This document shows, piece after piece, positions 1 through 7,712 of a stretch of 20,000 nt of DNA; the stretch's first letter is position 1; each line of letters starts with the position of its first letter. A program made the position numbers and the translations under genes. Location of the stretch: positions 46,540 through 66,539 of IMG/VR virus record IMGVR_UViG_3300030085_002899; one strand, written 5' to 3'. The notes beneath the pieces were generated by a model. It saw nothing but the letters and a program-made list of their open reading frames with translations, was not told the origin of the DNA and made no database searches. Source of the stretch: an uncultured virus (IMG/VR IMGVR_UViG_3300030085_002899) (Duplodnaviria; Heunggongvirae; Uroviricota; Caudoviricetes).

Positions 1-179
1 GAGCAGAATCCCAAATCAGAAGAAAAGGAACTGAATGGGAAGAAGAAAAAACAACCCACATACTACTCAGTATCAAGTACTTAGCGCAAGCACAACGCAA
101 GTCTATCGACCAAAACAACCTAAAGGTAGCCGATATAGGCGTGTAGGGTGTAGTTCACACACACACTCAAATACAGAAA

Positions 180-218
180 ACTACTGGGTATTTACTGCAG
201 TACTACTGGGTATTTACT
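180..218. repeat. 17-bp perfect direct repeat ACTACTGGGTATTTACT x2 (180-196, 202-218)
   Basis: Read directly; 22-bp period, about two helical turns; lies in apparently non-coding DNA. Confidence 0.9.
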
Positions 219-231
219 AGATGATAGTGAG

Positions 232-256
232 AAAAGGTGCACCCGAAGGCACACCT
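232..256 (-). terminator. Rho-independent terminator of the minus-strand gene
   Basis: Minus strand reads GGTGTGCC-TTCG-GGTGCACC-TTTT: 8-bp stem with two G-U pairs, C(UUCG)G tetraloop and a U tract, 16 nt after the stop at 273. Confidence 0.85.
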
Positions 257-272
257 GCTCAGTAGTTAGGTT

Positions 273-1055
273 CTAGAAGTCTATGTCCTCTTCAGAGCTA
301 ACGACAGCGTCTATCTCGTCAAGAGACTTAACTTTGTTAGCAACTTTAGGCTTACTCTTCGTACCCGACTTAGACATGATGTAAGTCTTACCTCTATTAG
401 AAGTAAGTTTACAGTCTAGAGTCACACCCGACAATTCCTTGAGGTCAAATCCTTTCTCTTGAAACCACACTAAAAGCGTTTCGCTTGTGTGTTGCACAAT
501 GTTTAGGATAAGACCTGGAATCTTGTAAGGACGTACGTTGTCTTTACTACTAGGGTCAAACTTATCAGGGTTAGATAAATCCTCCATACTCAAACCTGTT
601 TCACTTTCAATGTAAGTAAATAAGTTTGGGTGAAGCATTTCATCATCATCCTCAATAAGTCTTAGACCACGAAGACAAGCTATTGCTTTACGCAAAGCAC
701 CACTACCTATAGAAGGCATAGCACCCTCTGTAGTAAGCGTCACAACTCTGTCTGGTTGACCCTCTACACCGATAGTAGAAAGGTCAGGAAAGAACCACGT
801 TACAAACACTTTCCCTTGGGAAGGCTTGCACTTAACAAACTCAACCTTGTGTACTTTTTCAGCACCACAATATTCAGGATGTTCGGCTTTCTCCAAACGA
901 ACATGAGAGTAGTTGCCTACGTTAGCTTGACGATATTTGTCAAACCACCCGTAAGGCTTTACGCTTGTAGTTGATGACAACTCACTTGCAGAATGCCCTG
1001 CACTAGCTTGTTCCTTAGAACCTAACATACCATTAACTTTAGATAATAAATCCAT
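273..1055 (-). CDS. Hypothetical protein, possibly an OB-fold single-stranded DNA-binding protein
   Basis: 260-aa ORF with its own terminator. Ends in a basic linker plus acidic/aromatic tail (KSKPKVANKVKSLDEIDAVVSSEEDIDF), as phage SSBs do. The ORF is well supported; the function is inference. Confidence 0.55.
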   Translation of the reverse strand: MDLLSKVNGMLGSKEQASAGHSASELSSTTSVKPYGWFDKYRQANVGNYSHVRLEKAEHPEYCGAEKVHKVEFVKCKPSQGKVFVTWFFPDLSTIGVEGQPDRVVTLTTEGAMPSIGSGALRKAIACLRGLRLIEDDDEMLHPNLFTYIESETGLSMEDLSNPDKFDPSSKDNVRPYKIPGLILNIVQHTSETLLVWFQEKGFDLKELSGVTLDCKLTSNRGKTYIMSKSGTKSKPKVANKVKSLDEIDAVVSSEEDIDF

Positions 1056-1238
1056 AACGTCAATAATATTAAATCCATTAACTTAAACCCTAATGGTTGG
1101 GTTGCTACTTAGTGTAGCTGTTGTTGAAGAAGAAAACTCTCCGTCACAATTACGGGGTGGGTGTACAAAATTTGGAGGTAGTAGGGGCAGTATACTATAA
1201 GACAATCGCACTCACAAAAACATAAAAAATTTTTTCAG

Positions 1239-1246
1239 TATATTTG
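1239..1246 (+). promoter_or_regulatory. Bacteroidota sigma-A -7 promoter element TATATTTG
   Basis: Exact match to TAnnTTTG, followed by an A-rich leader and the ATG at 1268. No clear -33 TTTG element. Confidence 0.6.
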
Positions 1247-1267
1247 AAAAATAATAAAAAAAAAATT

Positions 1268-1468
1268 ATGCCTGGTAAATCAAAAAAAACTACAAAAGTT
1301 AAACCTTTATTAAGTAAAGGTAGTAATACACGTAAATTTCTAGATACAGCAGTGTCAGTTATAGGTGGACCAGCTGTTATGGCTTATAAAGGTTTAAAGA
1401 ATGTCCAAAAGAAACGTAAAGCCTCTGGAATGGTTAAGAAAAGAGGTGGTTTAATACAACACGATTAA
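1268..1468 (+). CDS. Small basic protein, paralogue 1 (66 aa, MPGK...KKRGGLIQHD)
   Basis: Start moved from TTG 1244, which lies inside the promoter motif, to ATG 1268, matching the MPGK start of the next gene. 17 K/R vs 2 D/E. Confidence 0.8.
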   Translation: MPGKSKKTTKVKPLLSKGSNTRKFLDTAVSVIGGPAVMAYKGLKNVQKKRKASGMVKKRGGLIQHD

Positions 1469-1469
1469 T

Positions 1470-1691
1470 ATGCCAGGTAAAAATAAAACAGCAGCAGCTT
1501 TCAAGAAAGCAGGCCCAGGACAAAGAAAAAAAATTATGGAAGACCCATTGTATGGAAAAGGGTCTGGTAGTGGTACTATAAGTAAGAGCAAAGGTTTTAA
1601 TTTTACTAGTTTGTTAAGTGAGAGGCTTAAAAAGAAAGCACAAAGTTTAATGAAAATGAAAAAAGGTGGTTCTTTGAATCAATACGATTAG
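1470..1691 (+). CDS. Small basic protein, paralogue 2 (73 aa, MPGK...MKKGGSLNQYD)
   Basis: Starts 1 nt after the previous stop, shares N- and C-terminal motifs with it, and is followed by a terminator. 17 K/R vs 4 D/E. Confidence 0.8.
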   Translation: MPGKNKTAAAFKKAGPGQRKKIMEDPLYGKGSGSGTISKSKGFNFTSLLSERLKKKAQSLMKMKKGGSLNQYD

Positions 1692-1736
1692 GATTTAATA
1701 ATTGCTTTACATATAATATGTTTGTTTGGTTGAATT

Positions 1737-1764
1737 AGGGTAGCTTTCGGGTTACCCTTTTTTT
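1737..1764 (+). terminator. Rho-independent terminator
   Basis: AGGGTAGCT-TTCG-GGTTACCCT followed by a T run. Confidence 0.85.
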
Positions 1765-1767
1765 GTA

Positions 1768-1775
1768 TATATTTG
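1768..1775 (+). promoter_or_regulatory. Bacteroidota -7 promoter element TATATTTG, probably giving a leaderless mRNA
   Basis: Exact TAnnTTTG directly after the terminator, with only 4 nt between it and ATG 1780. Confidence 0.6.
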
Positions 1776-1779
1776 TATT

Positions 1780-2064
1780 ATGACAAGAAGTAAGTTTGGA
1801 ATTGTTCGTGAAAGCAAGGACGGAACTATTAAAGGTTACGTTGACATGGGCGAAAAATATTTTTGTTACAACGAAATAGATGTATTTGATAGTTATTTAG
1901 ATATGGGCTATAGTGTTGTAAACAATTGTTATGTTATGGTTGGTGGAAATAGGACTACTTATTTATATAGGTATCGTACAGAGCATGGTGAAAAGGTCGA
2001 AGAAAGTGTAGACGAATTCACTCACCCAACTATGATGATGGTAACGGAGCTAAAAGTAAATTAA
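1780..2064 (+). CDS. Hypothetical protein (94 aa)
   Basis: ORF coupled to the next gene through TAATG; no family recognised. Confidence 0.7.
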   Translation: MTRSKFGIVRESKDGTIKGYVDMGEKYFCYNEIDVFDSYLDMGYSVVNNCYVMVGGNRTTYLYRYRTEHGEKVEESVDEFTHPTMMMVTELKVN

Positions 2065-2588
2065 TGTACTTAGTAAATTTAGACAAGACAGGTAAAGTCA
2101 TTATGGATGACTCAATTTATGCTGTCGAAGAATTCAGAGAAGTTTTAGAAACAAAAACACTTGGAAACAAAGGTATGCTTTGGGTGGCTTTGTATTGTGA
2201 CTACGACAGTATCTACAGACATTTTACTGAATCTGAAAGAAGCAGAGCAATAAGTAGTGAAGTTTTTAAAGATTACGATTGGAAGGGTCAAAAAAATAAA
2301 AAAATTGCTAACGCAATTAAAAAATATAAAGAGTTACAATTTGACCCCTTAGATGCTCAGCTACGAGCTTTCAACGAAAAGATAAATGAGTATACCACAT
2401 TACTTAAAACTGTTACCATAACAGAAGAAAACGCTAATGAAATGCAAAAGGTAATGATTGGTATAGATAAAATATTATCTACAAGACAAAAATTACTTGA
2501 CGCAATAGAGCGAAGAGGTCAGCGTACTAAAATATCTGGTGATGCTGAAATGAACTACCTAGAAAAGAAACAGTCTTACAGTGGGTAA
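2064..2588 (+). CDS. Putative terminase small subunit (crAss-like conserved helical protein)
   Basis: 174 aa, immediately upstream of and overlapping TerL by 8 nt. The pattern YCDYDSIY..ER...AIKKYKELQ plus a C-terminal coiled coil resembles the protein found beside TerL in crAss-like phages. Confidence 0.55.
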   Translation: MYLVNLDKTGKVIMDDSIYAVEEFREVLETKTLGNKGMLWVALYCDYDSIYRHFTESERSRAISSEVFKDYDWKGQKNKKIANAIKKYKELQFDPLDAQLRAFNEKINEYTTLLKTVTITEENANEMQKVMIGIDKILSTRQKLLDAIERRGQRTKISGDAEMNYLEKKQSYSG

Positions 2589-4380
2589 TATAAAAAAATA
2601 CCAACCTATAATTTATGAAGGAATACCTGACCTTAATCAGGAAAGCATTGCATACAGAGAATTTTGGGATGAGCAGATTGAAAGGTGCAAGAATGGCTAT
2701 AAGCCAAGAGGTATGGATGCTATATCAGGTAAACATTATTACTATCTCAATTTTTATAAGATATTGGGTAATAGTGGCGAAAAAGGTGGGCGTAAAACAC
2801 TTATTGCTCCTTGGTATCGAGATATGGACAAAGAGTATTTCGATTTATTTGAAACATGTAAAGACGAAGAAAAAGGAATGATTGTAATTAAAGCTCGTGA
2901 TAAGGGCTTTAGTTATATGAATTCTGGTATACTTGCTCAAGAGTTTACATTTTATCCTTTTAATGAAATAGGTATAGCAGCAGGCTTACAAGTAACAGCT
3001 GACTCTTTCTTTGGTAAAGTAAAGAATGGTTTATTTAATCAAGAAAGAATTTTTCGGCATTCTATATTAAAAGATGCAGATGCTTTACTTAAGTCTGGTT
3101 ATAAAAAGAAAGACAGAGATGGTAAGTGGAATGTAGGTGGATTTCAATCTTCTATACACTGCCGTACAATGAGTAATCCTGAAGTATTTAAAGGTGAGCG
3201 TTTATCTGTTATGATATTTGAAGAAGCAGGTGAGTTCAAAGAGCTTTTAAATGCATACATGTCATCCAAAGCATGTTTCATGGATGGTGATATTCAATAT
3301 GGTGTTCCAGTAATAGGTGGTACAGGAGGTGATATAGAAACTTCTTCTAAAGACTTTATGGATATGTATTATAATGCAGATGCATTTAATTTAATACCTA
3401 TGTTTATACCAGCTACTAAATGTTATCATGGATTTTTTGATTTAAACACTGGTGTGTCAGATATAAGTGGCGCAGAAAAAAAATTACTCGCAGAGCGAGA
3501 CCAATTAAAAACTGGTGCTAACAATAAAGGTTACAATTTACATATACAAAACTATCCACTAACTGTAGAAGAAGCTTTTCTACAAACTAAATCTTCTAAA
3601 TTTAATATTGGTAATATTAATGAGCAAAGAGGTCTGATAATGTCATCACCTCAAACTGAAAATCAAATACAAAAAGGTAGGCTTGAATGGTTTGGTGAAG
3701 GTATGGATGTAGAATGGATACCTGACGATACTGGTCCTTATAAAATATTATCACACCCAATGACTGATTATCAAGGACTTGACATTGGAGGTATTGATTC
3801 TTATGACCAGGATACAGCAAAAAGCTCAAAGTCTTTAGGTAGTGCAATTATATATAGAAGATTTTATAGTGTTGATTTACCTAGTAATTATGTAGTTGCA
3901 GAATATACTGAAAGACCTAAGACTGCAGAAGAGTTTTGGGATGGTTGTTTAAAGCTAGCTGTATATTATAATTCTAAAATGCTTATTGAGTTTACTAAAA
4001 TAGGTATTATAGATTACTTTAAACGAATGGGTGGTATGAAGTTTATGAAAGAAAGACCGACTGCTGCGCACTCTCCTAAAACTGTAAACAGAAATAGGTT
4101 TGGTATACAAATGAATAAACATACTAAATCTGTAATGGAGCAATATTTACATAAATACGTAGAGGAAAATTGTGGAGATATTTGGTTTATGGAACTGTTA
4201 GACGAATTAGCTAATTACGGTGTGCGAAATACAGACCGTGTAATAGCTTTTGGGCTGTGTTTGATACATGACATAGACATATACGAAAAAAGTGTTAAAT
4301 TTGGTGAATCTGAAATAAATAATATTGGGTTTGTTTATTACAAACGTGAAAACGGCAGACTTGTACCATATAAAGAATAA
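2581..4380 (+). CDS. terL: Terminase large subunit, crAss-like type
   Basis: GKHYYYLNF N-terminal motif, Walker A-like VIKARDKGFSY, Walker B VMIFEEAG, GTGG motif, RNase H-like nuclease IGGIDSYDQD, EYTERP and DRVIAFGL. GTG start. Confidence 0.95.
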   Translation: MGNIKKYQPIIYEGIPDLNQESIAYREFWDEQIERCKNGYKPRGMDAISGKHYYYLNFYKILGNSGEKGGRKTLIAPWYRDMDKEYFDLFETCKDEEKGMIVIKARDKGFSYMNSGILAQEFTFYPFNEIGIAAGLQVTADSFFGKVKNGLFNQERIFRHSILKDADALLKSGYKKKDRDGKWNVGGFQSSIHCRTMSNPEVFKGERLSVMIFEEAGEFKELLNAYMSSKACFMDGDIQYGVPVIGGTGGDIETSSKDFMDMYYNADAFNLIPMFIPATKCYHGFFDLNTGVSDISGAEKKLLAERDQLKTGANNKGYNLHIQNYPLTVEEAFLQTKSSKFNIGNINEQRGLIMSSPQTENQIQKGRLEWFGEGMDVEWIPDDTGPYKILSHPMTDYQGLDIGGIDSYDQDTAKSSKSLGSAIIYRRFYSVDLPSNYVVAEYTERPKTAEEFWDGCLKLAVYYNSKMLIEFTKIGIIDYFKRMGGMKFMKERPTAAHSPKTVNRNRFGIQMNKHTKSVMEQYLHKYVEENCGDIWFMELLDELANYGVRNTDRVIAFGLCLIHDIDIYEKSVKFGESEINNIGFVYYKRENGRLVPYKE

Positions 4381-4382
4381 AA

Positions 4383-6617
4383 ATGGCAGTTAATAATCAT
4401 GGGTTTCCTAGACAAGCTATTCCTGATAGCGAAAAAACAAAAGAATGGTGTATAGATAACTTACGCTCTATAACTAGATTTCTAGGTGGAGCTAATTCAT
4501 CTGCTGATAACTTTCTTAATAATAGGAATAAAGATATAGCAAACTATGCTATGTATAATGGTCATATTAATACAAAAGACTATGAATACATAACTGACCA
4601 ATATGGCTTGCCTTTTCCTGCACAAATGGCAAACTTTCCTTTAGCTCAAACTAAAATAGATTTACTTGTAAATGAAGATACTCAAAGACCTTTAGATAAA
4701 AAAGTTACATCTATTAATAAAGAAGCTGCTCTTCGTAAAGAAAAGTTTAAAGTATCATTAGTTGCTAATAAATTACTTGAAGACATAAATAATCAATTTG
4801 CAACTGCTTTTGGCGTTAAGCCACCAACTGAAAATGGTGACTTTCCTGTGCCAGATGACATTGATGAGTTCATGCGATATGAATACAAAGAACTTATTGA
4901 GGAAGTGTGTCAAGATGGTTTAGACTACCTTATACAAAAATATAGACTTAAAGATGTTTTTGGAGTAGGATTCAGAGATTTTTTAGTTACAGGTAAAGAA
5001 TTCTATAAAGTATATGTAAAAAATGGCGACCCTTTTGTAAGAAGAATAGACCCACGTAGTGTTATATGGGATTCATCTATACAAAGTGATTATTTAGAAG
5101 AAGCAAATTGGGTTGCTGAAGAACGCTTCTTGTCTGTAAATGAGGTAATTGACGAGTATAGAGAACAACTTACTAAAGAAGATGTACAAAAACTTGAAGA
5201 GATACGTCAAATAGATGGTATAGATAAGTTGTCTGACTTTAATGCAGATATTGAGTGGATTGATTTTGATAAAGACAAAGGTGTTCGTATACGTGTTGTT
5301 ACAGTAGAATGGAAATCAGTTAAAGAAATTAATTATAAGATTTCTGAAAATAAACACGACCCTTTTAATCCTTTTAAGAAAATTGTAAAAGAAAATTACC
5401 GACCACGTAAAAAAGAAAAAGTAGAAAAAAAGTTTGTAGATGACATATGGGAAGCAACTGAGATAGGTGGTCAAATATATGTTAACTGTAGACGTAGACC
5501 AAATCAAGTACGTTCTGTAGATGACGCTGGTACTACACCTCTTTCTTATGTAGGATGTATACACAATTACTCAACAGGTCAAAGTACTTCATTATGTGAC
5601 TTATTGCGTCATGTACAAATGATGTATAATATAGTACATTACCACATTGAACTTACATTAGCAAGAGCAGGTGGTAAAGCTGTCGTTTATGATGTATCTC
5701 AATTACCAACTAATATTGGTATGGATATGCAAAGTGTAATGTATCATCTTAAAACAGATGGTATTATTCCTATTAATAGCCAAATGGAAGGACAGGAAGC
5801 TTCTAGATTTAACCAATTCCAACAAATAGACTTTACCCTTTCAAACTCTGTAAGACAGCTTATAGAGCTTAAATTAATGTTAGAACAAACAGCTGGACAA
5901 ATTTCTGGTGTATCCCCACAACGTGAAGGTTCTGTATCTCAATACGAGTATGTAGGAAATGTACAACGCAGTGTGGTACAATCTTCGTTATCAACTAAAG
6001 GTTGGTTCTTTCAACATAATGAGGTTAAAAAAATGATATTCGAAAGAATGTGCAACCTTATGAAAATTTGTTGGTCTGAAGGTAAAAAAGCTGGTTATGT
6101 TTTAGGTGATGGTGGTTATAAATTCTTATCTGTATTACCTGATATTGCATTAAATGACTATGGTGTATTTATAGGAGACTCTGGTAAAGATGATGCTATG
6201 AAACAAGTAGTTCAACAAATGTCACAGGCTGCGTTACAAAATGGAAGTTTGACTATGTTAGATGCTATCAAAGTTTTAAAAGCAGATAGTCTAAGTGAAG
6301 CAGAAACAATACTTGAACGTGGAATGGACACTATGAAAAAAATTCAAGAACAAGCTCAACAACAAGCACAGCAACAACAACAAGCTATGCAAGAGCAAAT
6401 AGCACAGCAACAACAAATGGAAAGCGATAAGCAACAAGCTGAAATGCAAAATAAATTAGATATAGCTAAAATAGCAGCAGATTCAAGAGTTACTGTAGCT
6501 GAAATTAATCAAGAAGCTAAGTATGAATCTGAAATGCTAAAAGAAAAATCTAAAATACAACTCGAAGGAGTTAAAGGAAGCGTACAGGAACAATTAAATA
6601 ACCAATCAGCAAAATAA
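4383..6617 (+). CDS. Portal protein
   Basis: 744 aa directly after TerL. FPRQAIPDSEKTKEW start, DIWEATEIGG, ISGVSPQREG and a Gln-rich C-terminal coiled coil are typical of crAss-like portals. Confidence 0.9.
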   Translation: MAVNNHGFPRQAIPDSEKTKEWCIDNLRSITRFLGGANSSADNFLNNRNKDIANYAMYNGHINTKDYEYITDQYGLPFPAQMANFPLAQTKIDLLVNEDTQRPLDKKVTSINKEAALRKEKFKVSLVANKLLEDINNQFATAFGVKPPTENGDFPVPDDIDEFMRYEYKELIEEVCQDGLDYLIQKYRLKDVFGVGFRDFLVTGKEFYKVYVKNGDPFVRRIDPRSVIWDSSIQSDYLEEANWVAEERFLSVNEVIDEYREQLTKEDVQKLEEIRQIDGIDKLSDFNADIEWIDFDKDKGVRIRVVTVEWKSVKEINYKISENKHDPFNPFKKIVKENYRPRKKEKVEKKFVDDIWEATEIGGQIYVNCRRRPNQVRSVDDAGTTPLSYVGCIHNYSTGQSTSLCDLLRHVQMMYNIVHYHIELTLARAGGKAVVYDVSQLPTNIGMDMQSVMYHLKTDGIIPINSQMEGQEASRFNQFQQIDFTLSNSVRQLIELKLMLEQTAGQISGVSPQREGSVSQYEYVGNVQRSVVQSSLSTKGWFFQHNEVKKMIFERMCNLMKICWSEGKKAGYVLGDGGYKFLSVLPDIALNDYGVFIGDSGKDDAMKQVVQQMSQAALQNGSLTMLDAIKVLKADSLSEAETILERGMDTMKKIQEQAQQQAQQQQQAMQEQIAQQQQMESDKQQAEMQNKLDIAKIAADSRVTVAEINQEAKYESEMLKEKSKIQLEGVKGSVQEQLNNQSAK

Positions 6618-6628
6618 ATTATTTATAT

Positions 6629-6637
6629 TATCTTTGC
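6629..6637 (+). promoter_or_regulatory. Bacteroidota -7 promoter element TATCTTTGC driving the scaffold-capsid-decoration unit
   Basis: Canonical TAnnTTTG(C) in the 39-nt intergenic gap, followed by an A-rich leader. Confidence 0.7.
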
Positions 6638-6656
6638 TGTATAAAAAACAAAAAGC

Positions 6657-7670
6657 ATGAGTGAAAGTAATAGTTTAATCGACCAAGTTACCTCTGAGCA
6701 AGAAGGTAACTCTTTTGATGCATCAGCATTTATTAGTTCTGATGTAGCAAATAACTTGGAAAGTATTGAAGAAGACAGTAATCAACAGGTTGAAACGCAA
6801 GCGCAAGCAGAAGATACCGACCAACAAGAAGCAACAGCGTCAGGAGAAGTTAATGAAGATGGAGAAAGCGATAATGAGAATTTCAGCTGGGATAGCATCG
6901 AAGTTAACGAAGAACCTAAAGAAGATACAGTTGCCGAACAACCCAAAGAAGAAGACTGGGATGAAGTAGAGTCAACTACAGATACTTTTAATTGGAATGA
7001 AGTTGGAACTGAGTTAGGAGTGGAAGCTAAGACTAAAGAAGAGTTTGTTCAGCAAGTAAAAAATCTAATTGAAAATCCTGTAAAGGACAATGAAAAGATT
7101 GCTAACATACAAGAGTATATCAAAAGAAGTGATGAAGAGTTAGTTATCGCAGATATGCAAGCTTCTAAGTTCGATAATGAATATATAGAAGACACTGTAA
7201 ATAAACTTAAGGAGTCTGGATTATTAAAGCGTGAAGCTTTACAGATTAGAACTCAATTACAAAAGTTTGTACAGAAAGAGCGTGAAAACATTAGACAAGC
7301 TCAGTTAACTGCTGAACGAGATGAAATCGCTGCTCAACAAAAAGCAAAAAAAGAATTACAAAGCCACATAAAAAGTAAAAATGAATTTTTTGGTGGTAAA
7401 ATTAATTCTGATGAAAAACGAAAATTATACAATTATATAACGAAAGGAGATTTTTCTAAAGAAATATTTGATACTCATGCCAATGTTGCGGAGGCTGCTT
7501 TTCTTTGGAAGAATAAGGACAAAATTTTTAAAATGATTCGTACGCAAGGCGTTGAACAAGGTAAATCTAAAATCCTTAACAATATTACTTCTCCTAGTAA
7601 AAACTCTAGAAGTCAAAATAGTTTTACTCCAAAGAGTGAAGGCTTTGACCCAAAAGGTTTTTTAAAATAA
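6657..7670 (+). CDS. Acidic scaffold-like capsid assembly protein (crAss gene 77-like)
   Basis: Lies between portal and MCP; very acidic, low-complexity N-terminus followed by a helical/coiled-coil region. Confidence 0.7.
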   Translation: MSESNSLIDQVTSEQEGNSFDASAFISSDVANNLESIEEDSNQQVETQAQAEDTDQQEATASGEVNEDGESDNENFSWDSIEVNEEPKEDTVAEQPKEEDWDEVESTTDTFNWNEVGTELGVEAKTKEEFVQQVKNLIENPVKDNEKIANIQEYIKRSDEELVIADMQASKFDNEYIEDTVNKLKESGLLKREALQIRTQLQKFVQKERENIRQAQLTAERDEIAAQQKAKKELQSHIKSKNEFFGGKINSDEKRKLYNYITKGDFSKEIFDTHANVAEAAFLWKNKDKIFKMIRTQGVEQGKSKILNNITSPSKNSRSQNSFTPKSEGFDPKGFLK

Positions 7671-7712
7671 TTGATAATTATATTTATTAATTTATTTAAA
7701 ATACTTTAAAAA

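Noticed and set aside
35..220. 61-aa + strand ORF
   Set aside because: Runs through repeats and low-complexity DNA, with no recognisable protein features; probably spurious.
61..265. CRISPR mini-array made of the CTACT repeats
   Set aside because: Repeats are only 11-17 bp, spacing is irregular (5 nt between the perfect pair), and no cas genes are present.
1022..1078. Duplicated ATGGATTTA giving an 18-codon upstream ORF overlapping the minus-strand gene start
   Set aside because: A 9-bp AT-rich match and a very short ORF cannot be distinguished from chance.
6340..6450. CAA-rich repeat-like stretch in the portal gene
   Set aside because: Encodes the ordinary Gln-rich coiled coil of podophage portals.
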